Below, in pieces: positions 10,186 through 25,100 of a stretch of 64,000 nt of DNA; the stretch's first letter is position 1; every line of letters begins with the position of its first letter. This DNA is from Schmidtea polychroa (Eukaryota), in assembly GCA_044892525.1 (NCBI GenBank), contig CM097888.1:39184001-39248000 (forward strand), given 5' to 3'. A program made the position numbers and the translations under genes. Under the pieces are notes generated by a model. That model searched no databases. It worked only from the letters and a program-made list of their open reading frames with translations, and was not told where the DNA came from.

Positions 10186-13100
10186 CTGAATTGGTAAAGA
10201 TTATAACAATAGTATATAGATATTTTTGATTTTATATTTTAGCAATGTTGTTGAGTATTTTTATATAGTTCGGTAGGATAGAACTTCTAGTCTGACTCCA
10301 TGCGCTCTTGATTCAATAACATTTATTCTATACTAACAAATTTTATTAAGTCAATACAACCCAAAAGACTTTATTTAATTCAAACGCAATGGGAGGCCGA
10401 CTTTAAATAAATTTGGCTCGACTTCTCTAAACTTTTTTTCACTTTCAAACACTTTTCACTTATTTTCAACTTTTGCAACCATTTTCTTTTTTTCGACCCG
10501 AATGGTGACTTGGCTGAATTGAGAATTCATTTTATAAGGTATTCTTATTATAAGAACTTTTATTTCTTCCAATTTCACCACTGATTATTTTTTCCATTAA
10601 ATTTATTAAAAAGGGAGTTTGAAGACTATAAATCAGTAATATATCGATGTTTGTTGATACTCACTAATTTTCGGCACTGCTTTTTTCAAGTAAATTTGAC
10701 ATTATTACATTTAATAATGATCAAATTCACTTGAAAAAGGCAGTGCCGAAAATTCGTGAGTATCAACAAACATCGATATATTACTGATTTATAGTCTTCA
10801 AACTCTCTTTTTAATAAAATATAAGGTATTCTCTCCTTGTCATAATCTCCAATTGAATTATTTCTCAATAAAGAACCAGTACCACTCCTAAAATGTAATT
10901 TACCTTTTTTTGTCTGTCAAGATCAAGGAGTTTGCTCTTAATTGAATTTATTTATTTTGTTACAATTAATTAATTAATTAGTTTGTTTTTTATTAACTTT
11001 GTTTGGGGGCTCAAATCAATTTTATATTACTATATTCGTGTTCATCTCGTCGTTTCGCATTCGCCCTTATCCGTATCCCAAGGAAATAAAACATAGGTGC
11101 ATATTTTTTATTAAAATCTTGTCTTTTTTTTAAGAGAATTTTTCTTGGGCATGATTTATTGAAGAAATTATGAAATATGTCGAATCAAAAAATAGTTAAA
11201 ATGCGTGTATTTCTTACAGTATAAATATCGTTGGATTGAAAGATAATTAAATTGTTGTTTTTAATTTTATATCTATTGTTTCATTTATAAAATAAATATT
11301 TATTAATTAATTTAATATTAATGGTGAGAGATCTTGTGAACGCTTATGGAAAATGTTTGTCATTGATTTTCGCAAATAATGCAGGAAAAGGATCGATAAA
11401 ATCCTCTTTTTAAAACTTTAAGTCAATTTATAAGAAAAATAGTCAAATGGCTAGGGCCATCAAAAGAGCAAACTACTAATTGGCATCATTTTTCATTTCA
11501 ATTACTGGAACTCTGGATCGTGAAGAATTTTGAGAACGACAGTTTTCCGAAATTTGCAGGACTAAATTATTCAACAATAAGGAAATTGACCGAACTTTGT
11601 ATGAGAATTTACATTCCATCAAAACAAAAATTTAAATACAATAATATAAAGAAATAAGAAATGAATCTATCATTTGAAGCTTGTTATGGCGACAACACAA
11701 AAATAAACCCCAAGTGGATAAATCTGTTTTAATCACGGAAAGTCTGGAGCTCTGTTCAAATTGATGTTCAGTGACCTTCGAAACGCTATGTTAATAAGTA
11801 AATATTCTATATGAAAGAATAAACTATTCAGCTATTTGAGAGTATTTTCAAAAGAAAAATGCATTCCAACTAAATTTAAGTGACTTTATTGTTATTAGAA
11901 TATTTCTAATTCCGGGAACTGGCGATTTCATGATTCGAATTCTTTTTACAACAAATCACACGGTATTCAAATAATAATAATACTATATTAATAATATAAT
12001 AAATTGTGATGTTACAATTAGTTTATATAACCCGCTGAACGGATGTGTACATCTAAATAATCACGACCACGAACCAGTTATCCAAATATAAATTTTCATA
12101 TGTGATTCAGCTAAAATCTAAAAAAACCTTTAAACTATTTCAACACAGACTAAACGAAAAGGCCTCATTTTAATAGAAAGTTAAAAAATAAATAAAAGAT
12201 GAATAATTTGGAAAATTGGAACCCGAGATGGCACCAAAAATCACTATAAAACTAAATTAAATCTAATTTCAGAAATAAAATTCAATATTTATCAAAGAGT
12301 AACAACAAATATTCTAATCCTACCAACTAAAGAAGTAGCAACGATAACTCCTCGACTCTAGAACCTAATGTAATAAATGTCACTGGCGATCACATTAATA
12401 TTGTGTCACCCATTGACGGTTTACGTAATACTGTAATTGTAAATTTTTAAGTTCCTGACTAATTCCGGTATTTAAATCTCACATTTCCATGAATATTTGC
12501 TTCTTCGCAATAATCAAGGAAACTAGTACTACATGCAGAAAATAGGATTATATAAATAATGAAAATAACCTATCAATTAATATCCAATTTCCTTAGAATA
12601 ATTTAATAATTACAATTATTATTATTTTTGTCAATGTGAACAATTTAAATTTGTTAATTCACAAATTAATTTTTCACAATTATCTTAATATTTTTAATAA
12701 TAATTATAATAATAATATATTTCGACAGATTCACCGTCATAGTCTGATAGAAGTGAATAAACTAAATATATTTGAATTACTTATTCGAACAAAATTATAA
12801 CATTTTTAGAAATCATAAATGAAATAATTTTGAAAATTTTGAAAAAAATTAATTTTACTAAATAGGAAATTTTATTTTTAAGCATTAAACATTTTTCTAA
12901 TTTTTACATTATAATACAACTCCATTTTACACATAAGTTTTCCATGGTGACCCGACAAATGCGCGCAACGATGACCTGACAAAAACGCGTACAAAAATGA
13001 AGAAGTTAATTTATAAAATAAACTATTTACTTAACTATAATCACAAAATTTTTATCAAGATAAAACTGTTGTAATGAGTCAAAAAAAATTATTGTTGTAA

Positions 13101-16100
13101 AGACAGAAGGCAGAAGTATTATTAATAAATAATACCTGTATCATCTTTCTCATTGCGTAACTTTTATGACAAGTCAGTTTTGGCGGCGAACGATCAACCA
13201 ACCGGCCATCTCAACAAACTTTACTCGATAGTAAACTATTGATGCCTGTGTATTGCTGTTGCTCAGGGTGCATATTCGGAGTTTCCCGCGTCACTGAGAT
13301 TAACAAGTTTTAGTTTTGGAATTTTTAATTTACAGTCTGTGCCCTTTTGTCTTGCGCGCATTTGTCGGGGTTCTTAACATTGCGCAAACACAAACACATC
13401 ACTCTTTCAGTATACACTACTTGTTAATTTCTTTTTGTACTCACTAATATTAATCAATTTCCTCAGTCGACAGTGATAAAAAACTTAAGAACGGAGATAA
13501 TGGGTAGTGATTCCTATATATGTGGCATTTCACGCATGACATCTTAATTTATAAGCAAGATCTGAACGCGATCTAAGTAAAATTTGAAATCTTCTAATAT
13601 ACACAAAGTGTAAACAACATGACTCAAAAACAATCTTAAAATATAGAATTCATGTTACCCCAGCTTCAGAAATTACTTCATGTTCTTACATTGTTTTTCT
13701 AATATTTTGCTGATAATTTACATCAGCAACAGCTGTAAGTTTTTTTCATCTTGAACATATTGGGAGAATTTCAAAAAATTATTCTGTTGATATATGGTTG
13801 TATAATATTTATACATGAAATTTAAATAATTGTTAACCTGAATTTTATTAGTATTTTTAATTTCGGATATTGATAATGTGAATTGTTTATATATTTTTGG
13901 AGGATCTAACTTTCTCCGTTTCCTTTCAAAATTTATAAGTTAAAAATGCTAAAGGATGCACTTGTAAACAGTTTCTGTGTATCGACTAATTTTTTAGTCC
14001 GCACAAGTGATTATGATTTTTCATACGCCATGTTTACAAGTTTACAGATTTTTTCTGTGACAAATCTTCGCGTCTCCTGCATAGTACTGAGAGCCAAAAG
14101 CTCGAAACTAGTATACTATTGGGACTTGCACTGGGTATCCCAAAGCTTNNNNNNNNNNNNNNNNNNNNNNNNNNNNNNNNNNNNNNNNNNNNNNNNNNNN
14201 NNNNNNNNNNNNNNNNNNNNNNNNNNNNNNNNNNNNNNNNNNNNNNNNNNNNNNNNNNNNNNNNNNNNNNNNNNNNNNNNNNNNNNNNNNNNNNNNNNNN
14301 NNNNNNNNNNNNNNNNATTTAAAACAAAAGCAGTAAGTATTTAATTGTCAAATCGTGCCCGTGCTAAAATCATGAAGCTTACCCTTGATTAAGTGAAGTG
14401 AGCGACTGATTAATTGAACTATGAAGATTAGGATAAAGAGCTGCGGCATTAATTCCAGTCGGATTTGCGGAAGTTAGTAACGACGCATTAACGAGTGGAG
14501 TACTAAGATTAATTGTATTTGCAGTCGCAGTTTGAGCAGCTGATTGAGCACTCATCGCAGTTAAAGTTGTCAAATTTGCGGGATTTCTAACAATTGTCGA
14601 CCCATTGTATCCGAGTAGGTTATTGTAAGTCTGAAATCATAGATATTATGAGAAATTATTATTATAGAACTTATGAGTCACATATTTTATAAAAATAAAA
14701 ATCAAATGTAAATTATAGTTTGATAAAATGTTATTTTATTCTATTTTCTTGATAATCAAGAGATCACAGGTTGATCAAACCTCTGATATAAAACAATTCA
14801 AATCTCTGTGATTCTGTTTTCATTAGTAAGTTTCTTAATCTTCCATATTTTGTCGCGTGAAGCGCAAAATACCGTTAATATTTCTTCGCCATTTATAGCA
14901 CTGAAAATTTTAATAATCTTCATGTATTAATTTTAAATGACAGACAAGATTATTGTATTATTATACAATTGTCGAATGGTTAATGGACGTTTGGTACAGT
15001 GAGTTTTAACTTCCTGTTTCCTTCTCAAAGTGATTTACGGTCTGATGATTGAAAATTATGGTTTGACATTTGTCTGCAATGGAGTGTAGCAAAACAAATA
15101 GGTATTTTCATTAACAAATTATAATCACGGTGGGATTCCAAACTAAATATTCACTCATATTCATCATTATTGCTTACTTTTTGGTTGGTTTTTATTTTCC
15201 ATTTTTATAATATGGTCACATTTCTGTAATAGTCATATTTCATAGATTTGTAATCCGAAAGTTGCTTGATTAAATAAAAATAAAGGTTTGTTTCAACCAC
15301 CAAATTCAAATCCAGGTGAGAATCTTTGAGGGAAATAGTTTTCATATCCTATTTTTTTACTACTAATAGGACGCTCCAGAAATATTATGAACTTCAGAAT
15401 CTCAGATTAAAGTTCGATCCTTTACTATTAAGGAATAATAATTTCGTATATAAATGAATAATTATAATTATAATAATAACTTGATTTGATATGGTTGGCT
15501 AAGTTTTTAACTTTGGACTTAAAAAGTTTTGAAAGAAACTGAAAATAACATTTAATCTGTCAAAATGCAACGTTGATAAATAATTAAATGTATTTTTCAT
15601 TATTTAAATCTTTCGTATTTTTCTTATTTTTATTTTATTAATAATTGCTAATTATCCAAATATAATTAAATAAAAATTATTACTAATCCTGTTTGGAGAC
15701 GAGCTATATCAGTTGAAGCCAAAGCTGTAAGAATAGCTGGATCTGTCAGATACAGAGAATTGCTGAAAATAAAATAAATTAACTTATCTTCCATTTTTAT
15801 TAAAAAAACACACTAGGACTGTAATAGTTGTGACTGAACAGGTCTCAATATATTTGATGCGGCTAGCATGGATGCATTGAGTGGGAAATTATATCCTGTC
15901 AGAGTAACGTTTCCAATTGAATTACGGGCAAGCACACTTCTCAGAGCATTGGCATTTGTTGCTGGATTCATTTAATTAAATATAGTTTGCATATAAATAT
16001 AAAATAAATTCATCTCCATTTTCACAGTTTCATGAACAATTTGAAAATAAATTAAAACATTTTATATGAACCGTGAAATATTTATATTTCTCGTTGAGTG

Positions 16101-19100
16101 TATTTTACCTACTTGCCTTAACCATTTGTTTAAACGTAAAAGATAAACGTAGTAAAACCAATTACCCAAATTTTTCTTTATAAAATAATAGCTTTTCTTA
16201 AAATGTGATTATATAAATAACTTAATAATAATGTTTTTATCTAGTTTCATAGCCTACTTTTAAGCGGGACTTATATAAATCATATACTCATTTGGCACAA
16301 CAAATAATTTGTTGGATGCCAATAGCCTCCATTAGTTTATTTTAATATTTTGGCAAAAACAATTTTAGCACTAGACTTTTAACATAATATTTATCAGCGA
16401 CCAGCAACTGTAAGATCCAATGGCCAAGGCGCCAGGCTTAAGAGCCCGAAAAACAATACAAATATGTTTATTTCAATGTTTATCTAGAAATGTGACAAAA
16501 GAACTGTTTGTAAATAAAATGAGGAATCGATAAAAGAACCCGTTTTCCCATCATTCATCTTTCTCTGGAAATCTCAAACAATGACCAATAGGGAAATTAA
16601 AATTTGTGCTACGAATTTTGCAGAATTATATGTTAATAAAATATCAGTTGATTTGTTGACGAAATTTTGTTTCTCAAAGAAATTCCCAAATCATATTTCA
16701 AACTTCATTTCTCTCCAAGAAACATTTGAGAGCAAATGTAACAAAATTCTTCAGTTCTTTCCAAATGTAGCAAATGTCGTCAATTGTTTCAATATGTAGC
16801 AATTGTTTTATTAACCTTCCTTCTGCTTTTTGTCAAATCGGTTGAGAATGAAAGTTTATTTATATTTCGAGAACATGTTAAAAATTATAACTATGATAAA
16901 TTATTTATATTTCGATTTTGTTTATGATTTTTGAATTTAACCCTTTCTGAGCTTTAAGCAAGTGAACGCACTTAATTTTGTATTCATTTCATTCGCTAAG
17001 ATCGAATGTTTTGTGTGGCATGATTTTTTTTGTTTTTGCTAGTAAATTCTCTGCTTGTAATGCACAACCGTGCGTTTATTCACTACAACGATTCTATACA
17101 CCAAACGCCACTGAGAACCGTTTCCTATAATATAACAAAAAAATCAATAAACTTACATTATACAAACATACATACTTACTTTGATTTCACATTGATGTTC
17201 TAATTTAGAGTGCAGTCAGATATATCTTATACTATAGAAATCTGAAAAGTCTAAGAAAAATAAAAAACTGCACACAAACACAACACATACTAAAAACACA
17301 TACAAACTTTTGATTCATCGAAATGCACCGCTGAGATACGTTTATATAATAATTCTATTTTAGACAATTTTTAGAAAAAACAAGATCGCTGAAAATTTTT
17401 AAAAATATATTTTTAATGAAATTTTCAAGAGCAGATGAATTTTGTTCAATGTCTTTTCAATTCAGATTTGCTTTCCTGAAAGAAGTCCCTCATATTGAGC
17501 TCAGAAAAAAATTTACAAAAATTAAAAAAATTATTTTAATTATACCAGAAGATTTTTCTCGAATTTTTTAAAAAAATACATATTTTTGGTGATTATTTAA
17601 TTAATTATAATTAAAAAATTTTTGACTCACATTTTTTTGAAATAATTCCAAAATACTTAAAAATAAATGTCATAAAATTCCTAAAAAACCCTGAAAATTA
17701 ATTAAAAATAATTTATAATTGGATGAGTGAATTGCTGTACACGCCAACCACCACTATAGAGAACGTATCTCAGCGGTATTTGGTGTATATCGAAATTTTG
17801 CATGCATTTTTACTATGTGTTGTGTTTGTGTGTGTCAATTTATTTTTTCTACCATTTACTCACTTTCTATATTAAATGCGTTTATTCATTGCAACGCTAA
17901 AAATCAACACACAGGTAAGTTTGTATATTTATATAATATACACTTATTTATTTTTTTTACATTATAAATGTGTTTGTTCACTGCAAACGGATGTAATTTG
18001 GAACGTTAAAAGGGTTAGCAAACAAGCTAGCAGTCAATCTATTATACAAATGACATTTGGTATGTGAATGTTGAGTGTATATAAATGCAAGGTAAATGCA
18101 AGGCATTGTATATTTTTCGAACTTGTGAATTTATGTTTATTTAATAAATAAACAAATTTATGTTTCATGTTAAATAAATTTAGATTTCAATAATAGTCAT
18201 AAAAGTCGATATTTTATTAAAAAAAATAAATATTGAATGACTTTTGGCCGCAAAAATGTTATGGTTACTATAAAAAGATTAAGTAATATTATTTAACATA
18301 TGATATTCGGAAGCAATGATATCTGTGAAAGTGAAAATCGTTCTGTTACATGAGAAGTTTTGATATGCAAACAATAATTTTGATGCTATGATTCTTCTTG
18401 AAATAAATTGCAGTGTTAACAATCTTTTCTTTAGAAAACAGTTTGTTCTTATGTTTATATTTTACTTAATGTTGGTTGAATTACCATTCATTGAAATAAT
18501 ATTGGAAATAAACATACAACTGTGTATTTAGCCACACTCAGTGCCGACCCAATATATGGCAAGGAAAAGGTGCGTCGAATCGGGGAACCAAAATTACCTT
18601 GCAGAACACTTTGAAAATGTAAAGATTGGATTCTATGAAAACAGGAAAAATAAATTTATCATAATTACCCTTTATTATTTAAATTTTGTATGATTGTTAT
18701 GAATTAATATAAGTATCTATTATTATATGTGTACTATTTATACTTAGAAATAAAATTTAATATATTAATGTAATACACTCATACCTCGCTTTACGGCCTA
18801 GATACGTTCCAGGAAAGTTGGCCGCAAAGCGAAACGCCGCATAACGAATCAAATATTTTGATACAATTCCATACACTTTCACATACACAATTCACACTTT
18901 TTTGGCCGTATAACGAAACATTTTAGGCCGTAAATCGAAAAAGTGCCGTAATTAAAGTAGGCCGTTATAGCGAAAAGCCGTATAAAGAGCAGCCGTATAG
19001 CGAGGTATGAGTGTACTTATAAGCACTCAAGTATTTTCTTATTGTCTGTTTTATAGTTTTTAATAAAAATATGTTATGTCAATAAATTCATTAAGTGCAC

Positions 19101-22100
19101 CGAAACATTCTTTGCATCGGATCGCCATAACTCCTAGAGCCGGCACTGGTCACATTGAAAGTTTGTAGTATTTCTGATCTTTATATTAAAGTTTCAGAAA
19201 AAGTCAGAAATATACGAAATTGTCTAGGAGATGATTTAGCGTAATACTTCACTGGAAATTCGGATTGGCACTAATCATTATAATGAATGTCTTGAAACCA
19301 TTTTGTCTCAATAAGTAAAAGTACATTTAAATAAATTTACTATTGTATCTAGTATAATTTCACGATTGTTTTTACAACTTTTTAAAATAATATTTTTCAT
19401 TCGAATATCCAATGTGGTTTGGTTTAATAAATTTACTTCGTTTGACTTGAACATAATAAACTGTTGTTTTATAAATATGTAAGCGAATAAGTTAAAATCC
19501 AATGACAAAATAATATTATAATTATATAATAATCTTTCTGTTTAATATATGTTGTTGTCAATTTGATAATAATTATTTATCCCAAGTATAATTAATACAT
19601 CTAAGCGAGAATCAGTTGAAATTTGTGCACAAGAAATTGTTCTGTATGTTATGTATGGGACAAAGTTAAGGGACTTCGACAAATTTTAAGATACTATTTG
19701 AATGAGTGTTGAGTAAATATTAATTAATAGATAATTTAGTAAATTTATACTAATTTCGTCTAATAGAACGGGTCGTAGCACCGAATACAACCAGCTTATC
19801 TGCATCCTACAATAAGCAAATAATATTCTTGACAAGCNNNNNNNNNNNNNNNNNNNNNNNNNNNNNNNNNNNNNNNNNNNNNNNNNNNNNNNNNNNNNNN
19901 NNNNNNNNNNNNNNNNNNNNNNNNNNNNNNNNNNNNNNNNNNNNNNNNNNNNNNNNNNNNNNNNNNNNNNNNNNNNNNNNNNNNNNNNNNNNNNNNNNNN
20001 NNNNNNNNNNNNNNNNNNNNNNNNNNNNNNNTAAGATTAAAAATGTATCGTAAATATTTGCTTTTAGATTTTAATTATAAAAAAATCTCGGTAATGGCAT
20101 ATCACTAACATTTTGATTTTCAATTTAACTGAAGTTGTGACTATTCAAAGATTTTTCTATTAATAAAATTTTAGGATATTTATATAGCTATAAATACCAC
20201 CTATAAATACCAGCGTTCAGCATGCCAAAGGTATTTGATTTAATCTTTTTATTCATTATTTAATTTTTTACTTAATATAATTAGGTTTCGTTCAATGAAA
20301 CAGGATTCGAATCTGAATTACATATGTGTAAAAACTAAATACTACCACAAAGGGTGAATTCAATTGATAGAAAGAAGTTTTACTGGTGTTATTAAATTTT
20401 GTGATAAATTTGGAACATAATTGGGGATACTACAAAACTTTTAATGAAAAATTCGGAAAGGAATTTTATAACAGCTGAAATATTTTTAAACATTAGGATT
20501 GATAATGTTCCAGATATAAAGATTAAATGGGATTTTTTATCATAGTGGTACAGTTTGGAAATATTTATTGAATGTGACATACAATTTGAAATTAAAAAAC
20601 ATCATTGTCATTCAAAACAACTTAAATTTATTAAAATAAAAAGCCTAAAAACTAACATTCATATACAGATTTAATAAAAAATATTTGTAAATAAATTAGT
20701 ATCAGCAATCAAAGTGAATTGAACTAAATCATATAGTTAAAATAAATAACTTGTTAATCTAAATATGATTAATTGTATGAGTAAATCTTATAAAAATGAT
20801 GAAAATATCATAAATGAAGTTAAGAATAAGCAAAAAATTTGAAATATTCAAATGGCCGGACAGTTTATGGATAATATAGAGTAAGGGATTAAAGATGATA
20901 ATAGTACCAAAGAAGAAAATAGATTCAAATATTAAAAATAGTTAACTCGAAAATATTATTTCTGTAGCCTATTCTACCATATAAAAATTTACAATTTCCT
21001 GACTTTCATTTTTTTTAGATTATATTATTTTTTTTATATATTTATATTTAATTTTAAGAAAGCGCCAATCAAACATTCATTTTACGATTTATTTCGAAAG
21101 TTTTTCTGTTATCATTAGGTAGGATATATAAACTATAAAAATCCTTAATTTCTATAGTTTATATATCCTACCTGATGCTGACAGGAAAATTGTCGAAATA
21201 TATCGTAAAACGAATTTTTGATTAGCGCTTTCTTATAATTAAATCGTTGTCATATATGTTTAACTATTTATTTATATTTAACATGATATTTTATCGTTTT
21301 TTCAAGTCTTTGCTGACCAATTTAAAATTATTCAAATTATAAAAAGAAAAGAAATTTATACATGTTTTTATATATAATATGTTTTTATTGATAATAATTA
21401 TATTTTAAAGACGTAAGAAAACCAAAAGAAAAAAGGACAAGTAAAAAAAGAAAGTCGTTGATTCTATGCAAGTTGAATGTTGATGGAAGTGTTATGCTTT
21501 TTGATGAAAAAAGTTTCGTAGGCCAATCTTTGTAAGACATTTCTTTTGCCAGTGAATGTAGCCATTCCATATGCTTTTCCCGAATGTATATGATAATTGA
21601 TGGTTTTGTAATTGATGTGTCGTTTAAAAAGGTAATCTCACAAATATAGGATTTAGTAAAAAATAAAAAACCGTCATTTTATGACTTTTTCATTAATGAA
21701 AATTATTGCTTCTTGATTAAATCATATCTTTTTAATTTTAGGAAAGTTATTTAGTTTTACAATTTACAATTAGTTTTACAATATGTCCAATTATAAACAA
21801 GTTGAAATGGTTTATATATTCAATGGTACCTGATTTAACAGCAGCTTGTAATGTTTCAGCTTTTTTCTTGGTCATAATTCTCGCTGTTGCATGATTGACC
21901 TAAATTTATTAATAATTAATTTCTAATTAAAATTTCCAATTTTTGTTTTCGAAATAGATCAAATCTTCTTAATTTTAAATATAATGGTATTAAAATAAAA
22001 AATATATATATAAATATATATATTGGTTCCTACCTTGGCAGAATTTTTTGATAACTTGGATGACCTTGAAAAAGAGAATAGAAAATTATTCATGAATGTT

Positions 22101-25100
22101 GTAAAAATCTTTAACAGAAAGATGCATTAACAAAGTGCTGTTGATAACATGATGCAAATTGAATCGGTAGAGATACAAATTTCGTGGTCAATCGGCAAAT
22201 CGGCACAACACATTAATCGAATATGATATCGAGCTCTACGGAGTTATTGCGAACTAGACATTCAAATTCAAATGCACTATATTATGGATTCATCAAAAGC
22301 GACGAGGAAGAAAGAATCAACAAGGAAAGCAACAGTTACACTTAATTAATAAGCACTAACATTTAAAAACGGACAGTGTGCAAAATTTAACTCATTGATA
22401 TAGACCCAGAGTAACTTATGATAGTAAAATTGTGTGAATTATTGCTGATGATTAACTGAAGTATTTCAGACCTTTATCGCTCCCAAGACCGATTTTGAAT
22501 TCATTCATTCAGTATCAACTCGGATATCGAATCTATTTGCAATTTAATAACAGTTTGGATACAAATGATATTATATATTGCAAATACAATTGTGACAAAT
22601 GTAACTGACAAACTCACGCCTGGATGAGTTTTGATATAAAATTAGAATTATTAAAACTTTATTGGATATTTGATTCGAATAGAAATTATAAAATCTAAGT
22701 TTTATATTTATTTATTTCCCTGTATTTCACCAAGAATGGACTTTTGTGGACTTGGATCTAACGAAATTAATTCCTACCATTGCTACTTCGATATTTATTG
22801 AAAACTGTAAAGTTTAGTCATGTTATATTTTAAATTGGTTTTCCTTGTGTTTTGAAGGTAATAAAAAAACATTTCGTTGTATTTCTTTTTCGTTTCCATT
22901 TTCTTTTTATTTATAAATATTGTGGGGTATAAAATATCACCGGAAAAACTCTGACATATTCATAGCGTTCTGGGATTTTGTGAATTGAAAACTATTTACT
23001 AAATTTTAAAAAAATGAGGATATTTTTAAATTCTTAAAAAATTTGGTACATTAGGAAAAAACTAAATATTAAAACTAATTATTGATGAGTTCCGAAAAAA
23101 AGTGTTAGCAAGTCGAAAAATAGAGTATTTCTAAAAATATAGAACTTTAATTATGTATTTTTTGAGAGATTTATTTTGCTTCAGTTTATCATTCAATAAC
23201 ACTACACAGTTTACTATCGCAGTTAATGTTTTGTCTCTGGGATTTATAGACATGCAGCATATTCACGAAGTCATGGAAAGTTTTACGTTACCATCTATAG
23301 AAATCAGTGTTTTAACTAAACATGCATCGCAATATTTTCCAATGATATTTAATTTTGTAAAATTTAGCTTCTGTAAAGAATAGTAAATCAATTTTTGGAG
23401 ATAAACTTCAACATATTCTGTTATCATTATTAATAATCTAAATACATGATTTTCTATGTAACAATATATGTTTGTAACGCTATTTAAAGATTTAAAATGA
23501 ATACTAATAAGTTATTAGTTATTATTTATTGATTATAAATTTTATATAAAAGTTTTCACTTGTTTTACATAAAAACTTTGAATATAAAAATAGATTTTTA
23601 GAAGAAAGTTATATGTTTTGATTTATACACTTCTAGGACATAATAATAACTAATTACCCCAAGCTGAAATTTAAACATAAAAAAGACCGTCATTTTATAG
23701 CTAGCATACAAACAATTTAATATATTATTAATTTCGATATTAAATTTTTACTAAAATTCCTAAATTTTTATATTATTATATTTGCTATATTATGTATTTA
23801 ATAATAAAATAATTTGTATTTTATAGAAATGGTAATATTATTGAGCATAATGATGCAAGTTTAAAATATATATGAATTTTAATAATCTAAGTGTTTTCAA
23901 AACTATTGAGAATTTATTACTTTGATGATAAAATCATTTAACTACAAAATCAACATACAAAATTCATTTTCCCAGTGTACTTTGGGAGTGCTAGATTAAT
24001 TTTATTAAGAAAAGAAGGGAAAACTAATGTATTAATTGTTAATAATTAAGAAATCATTAAATGTGATCAACAGTATTTAAGGGAAATTGAAAAAGATACA
24101 ATATTTAATTTTGAAATTTTGTTTTAAATAAAACTTTTATTATCATGATTTTTAAATCATCTCTGTAAATCTCTGTGGTTAATAATTTTCAAGATATTAA
24201 GGAAGATAATATAAATTAGTATATATGAAAGCGGCCTTTCTATAAAGTGGAATTCCTATTCAATTTATCTCTTTCCTGCTATTTAGGCCGATCTTTTAAT
24301 GATAATTTCTTTTGAATTAATAGGGAAAATATGTTATAATCATTTAATAAATATCTAAATTCTATTGCTGTTGCGAAAATCTGATCTTAATAAAAGATTT
24401 ATCAGCTATTTAAATAAAGAAATGATTATGATCATTTGAATTAGAAAAAATTGTTAAAAGATTTGTTTGTCTACTGATTCATATTCAATTTTTATAGAAA
24501 TATAATGCAAATTGTTTATGGTTAATTAAAATTTAAAAATTTCCCAATAATATGGTATTACTGTGTTTACAAGAAAGATTTTTTAATGTTCTATTTTAAT
24601 TCAACTGTAATTAAAAGAAAAATTTGAGTTTAGCCGATCAATAGTTTATCTCAAAAAGTGTAAGCATTTAAAAAAAGTGTAAAAAAATGATAAATATTTA
24701 GGTAACTTTGGCTAATTTCACCTTCGATGCTAAAAATATTTTAGATAAACTTACCGGTTGACAATAATTAATTATTACTTTTTTATAATGTTAAAAAGTT
24801 GAAATATAATAAAAATAACTTAAAATATACATAAGTAGACTTATTTCTCTCATTGTTGACCGAAAAAGTTAAGTGTAGGTCATAGGAGGGTACCCTAAAT
24901 TATTTATCTAATGTCTTCATTTCTTTCCAACTATAAATCATTATATATATGAATTATATATATGAATTATTCAGCTATCAACTGGGTATATAGGAAGTCA
25001 TTGTCTACAATATATTTTCGATTGATGCTAATTAATTTGAAAGCGGAAATTAAAATTTAACTTTATGATTAAAATCAGTATTTTCATTAGCTACTTCAGG

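Noticed and set aside
14143-14148. AAGCTT (and AAGC at 19834) next to assembly gaps
   Set aside because: Probably chance or library-related; not biological.
17071-17896. 20-bp direct repeat TGCGTTTATTCA(C/T)T(A/G)CAACG around the MITE
   Set aside because: Not adjacent to both ends, so not a TSD; no further structure found.
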